Below are positions 46,588 to 55,370 of a DNA stretch of 64,000 nucleotides, piece after piece. The notes below the pieces were generated by a model, which saw only the letters and a list, made by a program, of their open reading frames with translations, ran no database searches and was not told where the DNA came from. Source of the DNA: Vulcanimicrobiota bacterium (lineage in GTDB: Bacteria; Vulcanimicrobiota; Xenobia; Xenobiales; JADMJV01); NCBI GenBank assembly GCA_041676625.1, contig JBAYRN010000015.1, positions 1,555-65,554 on the forward strand. Direction: 5' to 3'. The first letter of the stretch is position 1. Every line of letters begins with the position of its first letter. A program made the translations under genes and the position numbers.

Positions 46588-47105
46588 CAGTCCGGCTCTC
46601 CTTCTGGCTGCAACTTCTTGACCATCTGCACTCGCTCAACCTGGTATCCGAGTTCCTCGTAGAACCCGACGGCTCGCCGGTTGGCCGCGGTCACTCCCAG
46701 GCCGACGTACTGAATGCCGAGTTCCTGAGCGAAACGCTCTCCTGTCTCCATCAGCTTTCGCCCGACGCCGCGCCCCCACCAATCTCGCCTGACCGACACG
46801 TCGTAGACCCAGGCCTGCTGGATCTCCGTCACCGAATCGGTCTGCCCACCCAGGAGCAGAATGTGCCCGATCACGGCTCCCTGGTCATCCACGGCCACAA
46901 AAAGGCCTCCCTCAGACATCGTGAAGACCCCGTGAATCTGTTCGAAATTGCGCCTGCGAAACTCCCGAATCCGGTCGTTAGGGACCTCCGGGCGGTAGGG
47001 TGATCGCGACTCCACCACCAACTCCACCGCCAATTCCATGATGGCGGATAGATCCTCTTCTCGCGCCGGACGAATGCGATAGCCGGTCAGTTCATCAGTT
47101 GCCAC
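46587..47105 (-). CDS. GNAT-family N-acetyltransferase
   Basis: RRDWWGRGVGRKLM is the acetyl-CoA-binding motif A. I chose GTG 47105, which overlaps gcvH by 11 nt. The ORF-track ATG at 47162 would overlap gcvH by 68 nt. The stop and the hutH start share one base (TGATG). Confidence 0.8.
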   Translation of the reverse strand: MATDELTGYRIRPAREEDLSAIMELAVELVVESRSPYRPEVPNDRIREFRRRNFEQIHGVFTMSEGGLFVAVDDQGAVIGHILLLGGQTDSVTEIQQAWVYDVSVRRDWWGRGVGRKLMETGERFAQELGIQYVGLGVTAANRRAVGFYEELGYQVERVQMVKKLQPEGEPD

Positions 47106-47493
47106 TTTCGACGAACGCCTGGTAGGCGTGGTGATCCAGTAAACCTTCCAGGGCCGATTCATCTGCCACTTCTAAAACCATCATCCAACCGTCCTGGTAG
47201 GGGGAAGCGTTGATCACCTCGGGCTCGAAGCTGTCGGAAGACTCCACCAACTTTTCGTTGTGCTCCACGACCTTGCCGCTGACCGGTGAATAGAGATCGG
47301 AAACGGTCTTGACCGACTCCACCACTCCGAAAGTATCACCCTTTTCCAGTTCAGCTCCCACCTCCGGGACCTCCACAAAGACGATGTCTCCCAGTTGATC
47401 CTGGGCGTGATGGGTTATCCCCACCGTCACCCGCAGGCCATCGATGCGGACCCATTCGTGATCTTCTGTATACTTCAAATCTTCCGGAATCAT
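47095..47493 (-). CDS. gcvH: Glycine cleavage system H protein
   Basis: YTEDHEWV and the lipoyl-lysine motif VESVKTVSDLYSP. Confidence 0.95.
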   Translation of the reverse strand: MIPEDLKYTEDHEWVRIDGLRVTVGITHHAQDQLGDIVFVEVPEVGAELEKGDTFGVVESVKTVSDLYSPVSGKVVEHNEKLVESSDSFEPEVINASPYQDGWMMVLEVADESALEGLLDHHAYQAFVESGN

Positions 47494-47505
47494 GAAACTA
47501 CCTCT

Positions 47506-48609
47506 CTAGGAGTGCCGCTTGACGCTTCCTCGTACAAATGGAAGCTGCGAGACGGTGGCTTGCTGAGGCTTCCCTCGAACAATGATCTCAAGCTCCGTCC
47601 CCGGGGCACGGACCGACCTTTCCACTATGGCCAGGGCCACCCCTTTTTTGAGGGTAGGACTGAAGGTCCCGCTGGTGACGGTCCCCACCGGTTGGCCGTT
47701 CAGATGCACTTCATAGCCCGCTCGGGGGACCGTTCGACCCTCCATGGAAAGCCCGATCAAGCAGGTCGTGGCCCGCTCTTTGGCTCGCTCCAGGGCATCG
47801 GCGACCAGGGGTGCCGGCTCTTTGGTCGGCTTGCACACCCAGCCCAGCGACACCTCATAGGGGGTCCTTTCCAGGCTCAGTTCGTTGCCGTAAAGCGCGA
47901 AGCCCGACTCCAGCCTAAGGGTATCACGGGCCGCCAGTCCTACCGGAACCAACTTGTCATCGGCTTTAAACAGCCCTTCCCAGATGGAAAGCGCGTGCTC
48001 GTTTTCAACGTACAGTTCAAATCCGTCTTCACCGGTATAGCCGGTGCGTGAAATCAGCATCTCTCGAGCGGCGATCTTACCCCGGCGAGCCGTGTAAAAA
48101 TCCAGCGTGGAAAGGTCCTCATCGGCCAACTTCTGCAAAATCGGCTCCGCGTTCGGCCCCTGCAGAGCGATCAGAGCGATTGCCTCGGTGCGATCATCCA
48201 GGTGAACCTCAAACGCTTCGGCGTGCTTGCTAAGCAAAGCCCAAACCGCAGCGCGATTTCCGGCGTTGGCCACGATCCATATTTCTGTTTCAAAGCGGTA
48301 GACCAACAGGTCATCGACGATCTGAGCCTGCTCGTTGCAGAGACAGCTATACATCGCTCCGCCCATCTTGAGCTTACTCAGGTCGTTGGTCACCATCTTC
48401 TGCACAAACTCTTCGCGCTGAACGCCTGTCACGATGATCTCAGCCATGTGACTGAGGTCGAACAGGCCGGCGTGAGTGCGGCAGGCTTCGTGCTCTTCCC
48501 GCACTCCGGCGTACTGCAGCGGCATCCGCCAACCGGCGAATTCGACCATTCGGGCGCCGGCGGCTTCGTGAACATGAGAAAGGGGGGTTAAAAGTTCTGA
48601 ACTTGTCAT
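47506..48609 (-). CDS. gcvT: Glycine cleavage system aminomethyltransferase T
   Basis: 367 aa. TPL...HEAAGARMVEFAGWRMPLQY and ISRTGYTGEDGFELY motifs. AAGAGGAG RBS. Confidence 0.95.
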   Translation of the reverse strand: MTSSELLTPLSHVHEAAGARMVEFAGWRMPLQYAGVREEHEACRTHAGLFDLSHMAEIIVTGVQREEFVQKMVTNDLSKLKMGGAMYSCLCNEQAQIVDDLLVYRFETEIWIVANAGNRAAVWALLSKHAEAFEVHLDDRTEAIALIALQGPNAEPILQKLADEDLSTLDFYTARRGKIAAREMLISRTGYTGEDGFELYVENEHALSIWEGLFKADDKLVPVGLAARDTLRLESGFALYGNELSLERTPYEVSLGWVCKPTKEPAPLVADALERAKERATTCLIGLSMEGRTVPRAGYEVHLNGQPVGTVTSGTFSPTLKKGVALAIVERSVRAPGTELEIIVRGKPQQATVSQLPFVRGSVKRHS

Positions 48610-48662
48610 AGTAAAACTCCTCTTACCACCGATTCGGAGATATTACACAACACATGCAGAGT

Positions 48663-49556
48663 TTATTCGGTGGACTGACGCTCGAAAAAGGAGCGGACCC
48701 GATCCGCGTCGTTGGCGATCTGGGCCTGCAACTCTTCCAATGAATCAAAGCGTCGCTCTTCTCTCACAAAGGCATGAAAGTCCACACGAATCTTCTGATC
48801 ATAGAGATCCTCTTCAAAATCGAACAGATGGACCTCCAACAGCGGACTCTTATTGTGGAGAGTGCCCACGGAGGGCCGCAATCCGAAATTGGCCACTCCC
48901 GGTAGCAGGCGACCGTCGGGCAGAGCGACTTTTACCGCCACCACTCCATAGGGCGGCGTCACCTTCGCTTCGGGGAAGCTGAGGTTGGCGGTGGGAAATC
49001 CGATGGTGCGACCGCGCCGGTCCCCGGACACGATCACCCCCTCCACGGAAAAGGGGCGGTTCATCAGTTGGTGAGCCAGCATCAGGTCGCCTTCGGCGAC
49101 GGCCTGCCTGATGCGGGTCGAACTTATGACGAAGGGCTCTGTCCCCTGGTGAAAGACCGCCCCGATCACGGTGCAGCTAAAACCGTAGTAGGCCCCGAGT
49201 TCAGCCAGCAAGGCCACGTCTCCGGCAGCTCGATGCCCGAACCGGTAGTCGTGACCGACCACCACGTGGTCCACGCCCAGCTTGTCCTTGAGCACCACCG
49301 AGCAGAAGTGCTCGGCACTCCAGGACGAAAAAGCTCGATCGAAGTTCTTGAGAAAAACCTTTAGCCCCAGGTCTTGAAGAAGCGCGATTCTCTCCTCGGC
49401 TGTAGTCACCAGCTTAGGAGCCTCGCGCCCTGGGATAACCGTGGTGGGATGATTGGGAAACGTGAAGACCGCCGCCCGGTCTTCTCCTACGTCTTTGCAA
49501 GTCTTCAGGATCTTCTGGTGACCCAGGTGGCATCCGTCGAAAAAACCCAGAGCCAC
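48663..49556 (-). CDS. ribF: Bifunctional riboflavin kinase / FMN adenylyltransferase
   Basis: ALGFFDGCHLGHQ (the FAD synthetase HxGH motif) and GRTIGFPTANL (riboflavin kinase). The GTG at 49556 has AAGGGAGG 4 nt upstream. The frame is open for 21 more codons upstream (see finding). Confidence 0.9.
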   Translation of the reverse strand: MALGFFDGCHLGHQKILKTCKDVGEDRAAVFTFPNHPTTVIPGREAPKLVTTAEERIALLQDLGLKVFLKNFDRAFSSWSAEHFCSVVLKDKLGVDHVVVGHDYRFGHRAAGDVALLAELGAYYGFSCTVIGAVFHQGTEPFVISSTRIRQAVAEGDLMLAHQLMNRPFSVEGVIVSGDRRGRTIGFPTANLSFPEAKVTPPYGVVAVKVALPDGRLLPGVANFGLRPSVGTLHNKSPLLEVHLFDFEEDLYDQKIRVDFHAFVREERRFDSLEELQAQIANDADRVRSFFERQSTE

Positions 49557-49606
49557 GCAGCCTCCCTTAAGGAGAGGGCCTTCGCCGCTATCGATGTCTA
49601 GGAGCT

Positions 49607-50587
49607 TCAGGAGGTCCGCCTATCGATGATGTAGTTACTTCCACCAGGAGAGCGAGCCTTGGCGGCTTTCTTGAGTTCGGTGGCGATCTCAGAGACCTCC
49701 AGGGCGCTGGACAACTGACGCTTCTCGTTGGTGGAGACCCCCATGGATAGGCTGGTGATGGGGTACCGGGTGGGCTCCTTCTGCCGGTTCAAGATCTCGA
49801 TCCAACCTCTCTCCCGGTCTTCCTTGTGATAGAGATTGGACACCCGGGCATCGAAGAATTCAGCAACCTTGTCCAGAACATCTTCGATCTTGTCCATCGA
49901 GGTCACCAGGATAAAGTCGTCGCCACCGATATGACCCAGAAAGTCCGACTCCGAACCGGCCGCCTCCACCGCCTCGATCAGGACGTCGGCCACCAGGCGA
50001 ATGCATTCATCACCCTTTTCGAAGCCGTAGTAGTCGTTAAAGGCTTTAAAATTATCGATGTCGATGTAGGCGCAGGCCAGGATCTCTCCCCGGGCCAGTC
50101 GTTGGTTGAGTTCGTGTTCGATAGCCAGATTGCCGGGCAGACCGGTCAGCGGATTGGATGCCCGACTCAACCGGACCCTCCGAATCAGACTCTGAATCCG
50201 AACCTCCAACTCCTCCGGATCAAAGGGCTTGGAGAGGTAGTCGTCGACCCCGGTTCGCAGGGCCTCCAGTCGGTGATCGTGGAGCGCCGAAGCGGTCAGC
50301 ATGATGACCGGAATCAGATAAGTGGAGCGGTTAGCTCGAAGTTGAACGCAGACTTCAATCCCGTCCATCTCCGGCATCATCAGGTCCAACAATACCAAGT
50401 CAGGGATCTCGGCCCTGGCGACTCGCAGTGCTTCCTTTCCACTATTGGCCAGAAACACATCGTAAGGGTCCTCGGAAGACTGGAGAAAGGTTTGCACCAT
50501 CCGCAGCAAAACCGGGTCGTCATCCACCACCAGAACTTTGATCGGACGGGTAGCCGTCACTCCCGGAGAGTGAGAAAGCTCGGACAA
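49607..50587 (-). CDS. Response regulator with a GGDEF-type nucleotide cyclase domain (variant GGDDF motif)
   Basis: Receiver motifs: KVLVVDDDP, LVLLDLMMPEMDG, YLSKPF. Cyclase domain: DIDNFKAFNDYYGFEKGD...LGHIGGDDFILV. Confidence 0.85.
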   Translation of the reverse strand: MSELSHSPGVTATRPIKVLVVDDDPVLLRMVQTFLQSSEDPYDVFLANSGKEALRVARAEIPDLVLLDLMMPEMDGIEVCVQLRANRSTYLIPVIMLTASALHDHRLEALRTGVDDYLSKPFDPEELEVRIQSLIRRVRLSRASNPLTGLPGNLAIEHELNQRLARGEILACAYIDIDNFKAFNDYYGFEKGDECIRLVADVLIEAVEAAGSESDFLGHIGGDDFILVTSMDKIEDVLDKVAEFFDARVSNLYHKEDRERGWIEILNRQKEPTRYPITSLSMGVSTNEKRQLSSALEVSEIATELKKAAKARSPGGSNYIIDRRTS

Positions 50588-50596
50588 GAGAATGCC

Positions 50597-51175
50597 CTAC
50601 TCTCCTACCACGAAGACTTGAAAACTCTGAGTTCGAAGGTTGCGGGCCAACCGTTCAGCTTCCTCGGCGGTGTGGAAACTGGGCCCTTTCACTCGATACA
50701 AGACGCCGTTCTGGGACTCCACCTTTTCAACTTTGGCTTCCTGGCCCTGGGCGTTCAATTGCTCCTTGAGTCGAGTGGCGTTCTCCGGATTGGAGAAAGC
50801 ACCAAACTGAAGGAGATAGCGCCCCTCTCCGACCACGGCCGCACCCACGCTGGGTGTCGCCAGAACGGTCGGTTCCGCTTCTTTGTCGGACTTCTTCTCC
50901 CCGACCAGTTTCTCGGTCAGAGTGGGACCGGCCGCAGTGCGTAGGGCCTCCAGTTCCTTTTCTAGTTCGGGATCGACCTTTACCCAGGGGCGGGCCCGGG
51001 GCTCCGGCATGCTGCGGAACTCCACCTGATCGTCCTCTTTGCCCAGAAGCTCGGAGGCTACGATAGCCCGACCGAGCCAGCTACCGCCGGCCAGAGCAAA
51101 CCAGATCACAAACACGGTTGCGATGGTATACCGCGCATAAGGTGGGAGCTTTGGCCCGTCGATCATCTTGAACAT
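50597..51175 (-). CDS. SPOR domain protein (membrane-anchored peptidoglycan binding)
   Basis: One TM helix (YTIATVFVIWFALAGGSWL) and a C-terminal YLLQFGAFSNPENATRLKEQLNAQG...LYRVKGPSFHTAEEAERL SPOR repeat. I chose ATG 51175. The ORF-track TTG at 51223 has no RBS. Confidence 0.75.
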   Translation of the reverse strand: MFKMIDGPKLPPYARYTIATVFVIWFALAGGSWLGRAIVASELLGKEDDQVEFRSMPEPRARPWVKVDPELEKELEALRTAAGPTLTEKLVGEKKSDKEAEPTVLATPSVGAAVVGEGRYLLQFGAFSNPENATRLKEQLNAQGQEAKVEKVESQNGVLYRVKGPSFHTAEEAERLARNLRTQSFQVFVVGE

Positions 51176-51506
51176 ACTTACATTTACCTGCACTTCCAGG
51201 TACCCCCGGAGTACTCTCTCCAAACATTTGGAGAATTTTTTTCAATGTTTCTGATTTTTCCTTCTACTCCTGCGTCGAAGAGACACTCTTTCAACCGAAA
51301 TAGTAAGCCCCGACTCGAAGGGCAAACCCCAGAATCAAGAGCGCGATCAGGGCCCGGGTGAGTCGATTTGAAAGCTCTCGGGGGAGATACCCAAGACCGA
51401 TAAGCCCCACCACTCCAAGGGTCAATAATAGCGCAATCTTCTTCACCAGAACCACAGACGGTGGGTTCTAAGCCGTCGAGGAATTCCCTACAGCGATCCG
51501 AAGCAG

Positions 51507-54371
51507 ATGAGCATGGTTAAGAACTCCTTGCTCGAAATAGAGACTGCCGCCGATCGGGTGGTTTGCCGCTGGCCCAAAGAAAGGCTCGTCAATTTCAATC
51601 CCGTCGACGAAGAAGTTTTGCTTAAGGTTTTTCAGGATGATGCCCTGATCTGTGAGCACAGGGTAGAGCATCTCAGCCAAAAGGAGATCCATCTTCAGCA
51701 AGGGGACTACCGGGCGGAACTGGCCCGCTACTTCAAACCCGAAATAGAGATCCGCACTCCCCTTGCCAGAACCCCTTCGGTGGGATGGCTCAGCGACTCC
51801 CCGGTCTCCCATATCATCACCTGGCTGGGAATAGACTGGGACGACGTCAGGCGCGAGGTGGAAAGCATCCACCGCCTGGACTGGGACAGCCAGGCGGCGG
51901 TGGCGCTCCGGGTTCTGAGGAGCCACGAGGGCAAGCTAAAAAACGAATGGCTCCCCGTCCCGTTCAAGAATCACGCCACCTGCCACGGCCTATTGGAAGA
52001 AGTCGAATTGGCGGTGGTCACCCCCGAAGACCACAAGATCCTCAAGAGCCTCTTTGTAGCCAGACAAAGCTCTCGCAAACCGCTCCAGATCTACGCCAAA
52101 GCCGACTTCAGTGTGCTGGAGCCAGAACCCCGGGTACACCTGGCACGAGAAATCATGGAGACCGATAGCCTGCAAGCACGGGCCGAATGGTCGAACCTGG
52201 GTAAGGGGAAATTCTTGCTTCAGCTCTTGAAAGACGGGCAGGCCGAAGGAAAGGCTCAGGAAGTCAACGGCTTCGGCGACTGGTTTTTCACCGGTTTGAA
52301 ACCCGGTCACTACAGCGTACGCCTGACCGCCGGGGGTCGAAAGAGTGCCCCCACCTACGAATCGGCATCGATCGAACTGCCGGTCCTGGAGACTCGCTGC
52401 AGACTGCTTCCCATCAGTGAAAATCGAGCGTTTTGCTACTGGCACGTGGATGACTCGAATTGGACCTCCCTGTCCGAGGAGTTCGGCGACCTCACGGATC
52501 GAGTCGCCTGCTTTCTCCAAGTCGCCTTCCGCCGAGGCGGCGACCTGGTGCCCGTGCCCGAATTGACCCGCCCGGTGGACCTGGGAAGCACCTCTGATTA
52601 CTACCTCGATCTAGCTCCCGATCTGGTGTACCAGGCTCGCCTGGTGGCCCGGGTCGAAGGGGAACGACGGGAACTCACCGCCTGGTCCAACCCGTGCCAA
52701 CTGGCCAGACTTCACGCGGGCCGGGCTCCGATCGTGCACAAGCGAGAGAATCAACCGGCTGACCATCCCACGGTGCGGCCGCTACAGAGCCCCACCGGAA
52801 CCTCCAAGTACTCCAGAGGGTACTTGCTGCTGCACCTGCACGCCCACCTGCCCTTCATCGCCGATCCGATCAACTTTGGAGAGGGTAGTCCCACCGCCTG
52901 GAGCCCCATCGGCTATCCCCAGGAATGGTATCCGGAAGCGGTTTGCGACACCTACCTTCCGCTACTAGACGTCTTTGAACGGCTGCTCTCCGAGGGCGTG
53001 GATTTCAAAATCTCGATGGACATTTCGCCCCCCCTGGTGGCCATGATGCAGAGCCAGCGGCACGCCTCGGACGTACTGAGCTTTCTGGAGAGGTTGATCC
53101 AAAAAGCCACCCTGGAGGTGGAGCGGACCGGACGAGAGGAAGCCCACTACACCGCCGCTGCGCTTATGCACCTGCGCCGATTTCGGCGTTGTCGAGAGCT
53201 CTTCCTAGGCTGCAACGGAGACCTGGTGGCAGGGTTTCGCCGCTTTCAAGACGCCGGCCATCTGGAGATTTCTACCTGCGTTGGCACCCACCCCATGCTC
53301 CCTTTGTGGACCTCTGAGCCCTCCTGCATCAGAGGTCACGTACAGGCGGCGGCCCGTTCTCACGAGCGCGCTTTCGGCAGACCGGCCCAAGGAGTGTGGC
53401 TCCCCGAGTGCTCTTACACCCCGGGCATCGAGGGCTATCTTGAGGAGGCCGGCTTTCGCTATATCTTCGGAGAGGAACACTGCGTCACCCAGGGTGACGC
53501 CCGGGCCGAATTCGATGTCAACGCGCCGGTCTACGCCCGAGGCTCGAAGATCTGTGTGTTTCCGAGAGACCCGGAAACCGGAAAGCAGGTCTGGTCCGGC
53601 GATGAGGGCTACCCCGGTGATCCCGACTATTTGGAGTTTCACATCCGGGGTGGACCGTTTAAGTACAATAGAATTACCGATCGACGAGGCGGCCACAAAC
53701 AGCCCTACAATCCGGACTGGGCCGACAACAAGGCCTCCATGCAAGCGGGACACTTTCTGGACTGTCGAAACGCGCGCTTTGAATATTTGCGCAGTACCAT
53801 GTGGAAAAAACCGCTGATCGTAGCACCCTACGACGCCGAACTGTTCGGACACCATTGGTACGAAGGGCCCCGCTTTCTTTATTACCTGTTTAAGAAAATG
53901 CATTTCGACCAGAATTGCACCGAGATGATCACCCCCTCCGGGTATCTGGCCTCCAACCCCACCTGTCAGGATCTCTACTGCAACGTGAGCAGTTGGGGCC
54001 ACGAGGGGACTTTCGTGAAGTGGATGTACGGAAACACATCCTGGATGTACCGCCATGGCCACGAGGCCGCCCGCACCCTCAAGGAACTGGTCAATTCCGG
54101 TATCGACTCGGAGGTGCAAAAGCGAGTCCTGGCCCAGGCCGCTCGGCAATTGATGGTGGCGACCTCGAGCGATCTACCGTTTGTCATCTCCAACGGCCAC
54201 TTCGTGGATCGAATGAAGGGCCAATTCTGTGGAAACTTGCGGGACTTCTATTCGCTCTGCGAAGAGTTCAAACGTCTGAAAGCCGGGGCCGACATCGACT
54301 GGAAAAGACTCCGGAGCTTGGAACTGGAGAACAACCTTATCCCCGAACTCGACCCGAGGTGGTTTGGCTAA
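51507..54371 (+). CDS. GH57-family 1,4-alpha-glucan branching-type enzyme with a roughly 435-aa DUF4912-like N-terminal extension
   Basis: GH57 regions: YLLLHLHAHLPFI, VWLPECSYTPG (nucleophile region) and APYDAELFGHHWYEGP (acid/base region). The N-terminus includes RLLPISENRAFCYWHVDD...YQARLVARVEG, typical of DUF4912. Confidence 0.9.
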   Translation: MSMVKNSLLEIETAADRVVCRWPKERLVNFNPVDEEVLLKVFQDDALICEHRVEHLSQKEIHLQQGDYRAELARYFKPEIEIRTPLARTPSVGWLSDSPVSHIITWLGIDWDDVRREVESIHRLDWDSQAAVALRVLRSHEGKLKNEWLPVPFKNHATCHGLLEEVELAVVTPEDHKILKSLFVARQSSRKPLQIYAKADFSVLEPEPRVHLAREIMETDSLQARAEWSNLGKGKFLLQLLKDGQAEGKAQEVNGFGDWFFTGLKPGHYSVRLTAGGRKSAPTYESASIELPVLETRCRLLPISENRAFCYWHVDDSNWTSLSEEFGDLTDRVACFLQVAFRRGGDLVPVPELTRPVDLGSTSDYYLDLAPDLVYQARLVARVEGERRELTAWSNPCQLARLHAGRAPIVHKRENQPADHPTVRPLQSPTGTSKYSRGYLLLHLHAHLPFIADPINFGEGSPTAWSPIGYPQEWYPEAVCDTYLPLLDVFERLLSEGVDFKISMDISPPLVAMMQSQRHASDVLSFLERLIQKATLEVERTGREEAHYTAAALMHLRRFRRCRELFLGCNGDLVAGFRRFQDAGHLEISTCVGTHPMLPLWTSEPSCIRGHVQAAARSHERAFGRPAQGVWLPECSYTPGIEGYLEEAGFRYIFGEEHCVTQGDARAEFDVNAPVYARGSKICVFPRDPETGKQVWSGDEGYPGDPDYLEFHIRGGPFKYNRITDRRGGHKQPYNPDWADNKASMQAGHFLDCRNARFEYLRSTMWKKPLIVAPYDAELFGHHWYEGPRFLYYLFKKMHFDQNCTEMITPSGYLASNPTCQDLYCNVSSWGHEGTFVKWMYGNTSWMYRHGHEAARTLKELVNSGIDSEVQKRVLAQAARQLMVATSSDLPFVISNGHFVDRMKGQFCGNLRDFYSLCEEFKRLKAGADIDWKRLRSLELENNLIPELDPRWFG

Positions 54372-54386
54372 GGCCTGCGCAGATCC

Positions 54387-55253
54387 CTAATGAGGAATGC
54401 CCTCTTCGTCGTAGAGTTGATCGAGATCCAGGATTTCGAACGAGCGCATGGTCACTGACTTGAGGGTAGCGATTCGTTCGGCCAATTCGGACTTTATCTT
54501 AGACTTATCGCAAAGAAAATGAAAAATGGGCTGAGGAACGGTGCGCACCAGCGGTTTGCAAACCTGGGTCAGCTCTTCCGTGTTGTAGATGGCGCCGTCT
54601 TTGAGGGGTTTCGGCGGGTCCACCAGGCGTATCCAGTCGCTCTCGCCCAGAGCCACCTTGTCCAGGTTCTCCCAGTCCACCATGCGCCCCACGGTCTTGC
54701 TGCGCTTGTGCAGCACCGGATACAATTCGGGCACCTCGACCCGCCCCCGCCCATAGCGGCGAGCCAGATCCTGGCGCACGATGGCGAACTCCCACATGGA
54801 CTCCAAAGTCTCTGCGTTGCCGAGTTGCAGCGAGCGACCGTTCTTACTGACCGCCACCTCATTGGCTTTACGCCACTCGTTCAATAAATCTTCAAAGCTT
54901 GGAGCGGGATAAAACTGGGAGCCGTCCTTATACAGGATCTCGACACCCAGCTTTTTCTCCCGAGCCACACAGAGAGCCGCCGGCAAGGCTTCCAGGGCAA
55001 AGAACGTCGGTCGAGGCAGCTTCATCTCGAAAGCCACGCCGATTTCATCCCCGAACTCCGGACGGTAGCCAACAAAGGTCGCTTCTACGCCGGTTGCCTC
55101 ATTGTAGTAAGGATAGCGAACGCCCGTCTTCCCTTCCTCGCAGGGTTGCAGATTCTCAACTGAGGAAAGAAATTGCTTTAAATTTTTCGGTGGACCCTCG
55201 GGAGCGTCGTCGCCCGACCGAGAGCCGTCCACGTACAAAAGTTCAAAAAGCAA
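54387..55253 (-). CDS. Hypothetical protein
   Basis: 288-aa ORF filling the gap between the GH57 gene and fadI. TTG start. No signal peptide, TM helix or motif recognised. Confidence 0.55.
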   Translation of the reverse strand: MLFELLYVDGSRSGDDAPEGPPKNLKQFLSSVENLQPCEEGKTGVRYPYYNEATGVEATFVGYRPEFGDEIGVAFEMKLPRPTFFALEALPAALCVAREKKLGVEILYKDGSQFYPAPSFEDLLNEWRKANEVAVSKNGRSLQLGNAETLESMWEFAIVRQDLARRYGRGRVEVPELYPVLHKRSKTVGRMVDWENLDKVALGESDWIRLVDPPKPLKDGAIYNTEELTQVCKPLVRTVPQPIFHFLCDKSKIKSELAERIATLKSVTMRSFEILDLDQLYDEEGIPH

Positions 55254-55370
55254 ATGTCAAAAGAAACCTTTCTCGAGAGGTTGCCCGGCTACAAATTCGT
55301 CACCCCGAACGTTTGTTACCTCCCCGGCATGGGAAATAAACCTTCATAATCGCGAAAGGGGACATCCAAC

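Noticed and set aside
48610-48662. Glycine riboswitch upstream of gcvT.
   Set aside because: Only 53 nt separate gcvT from ribF. That is too short for even a single glycine aptamer, and no aptamer-like sequence is visible.
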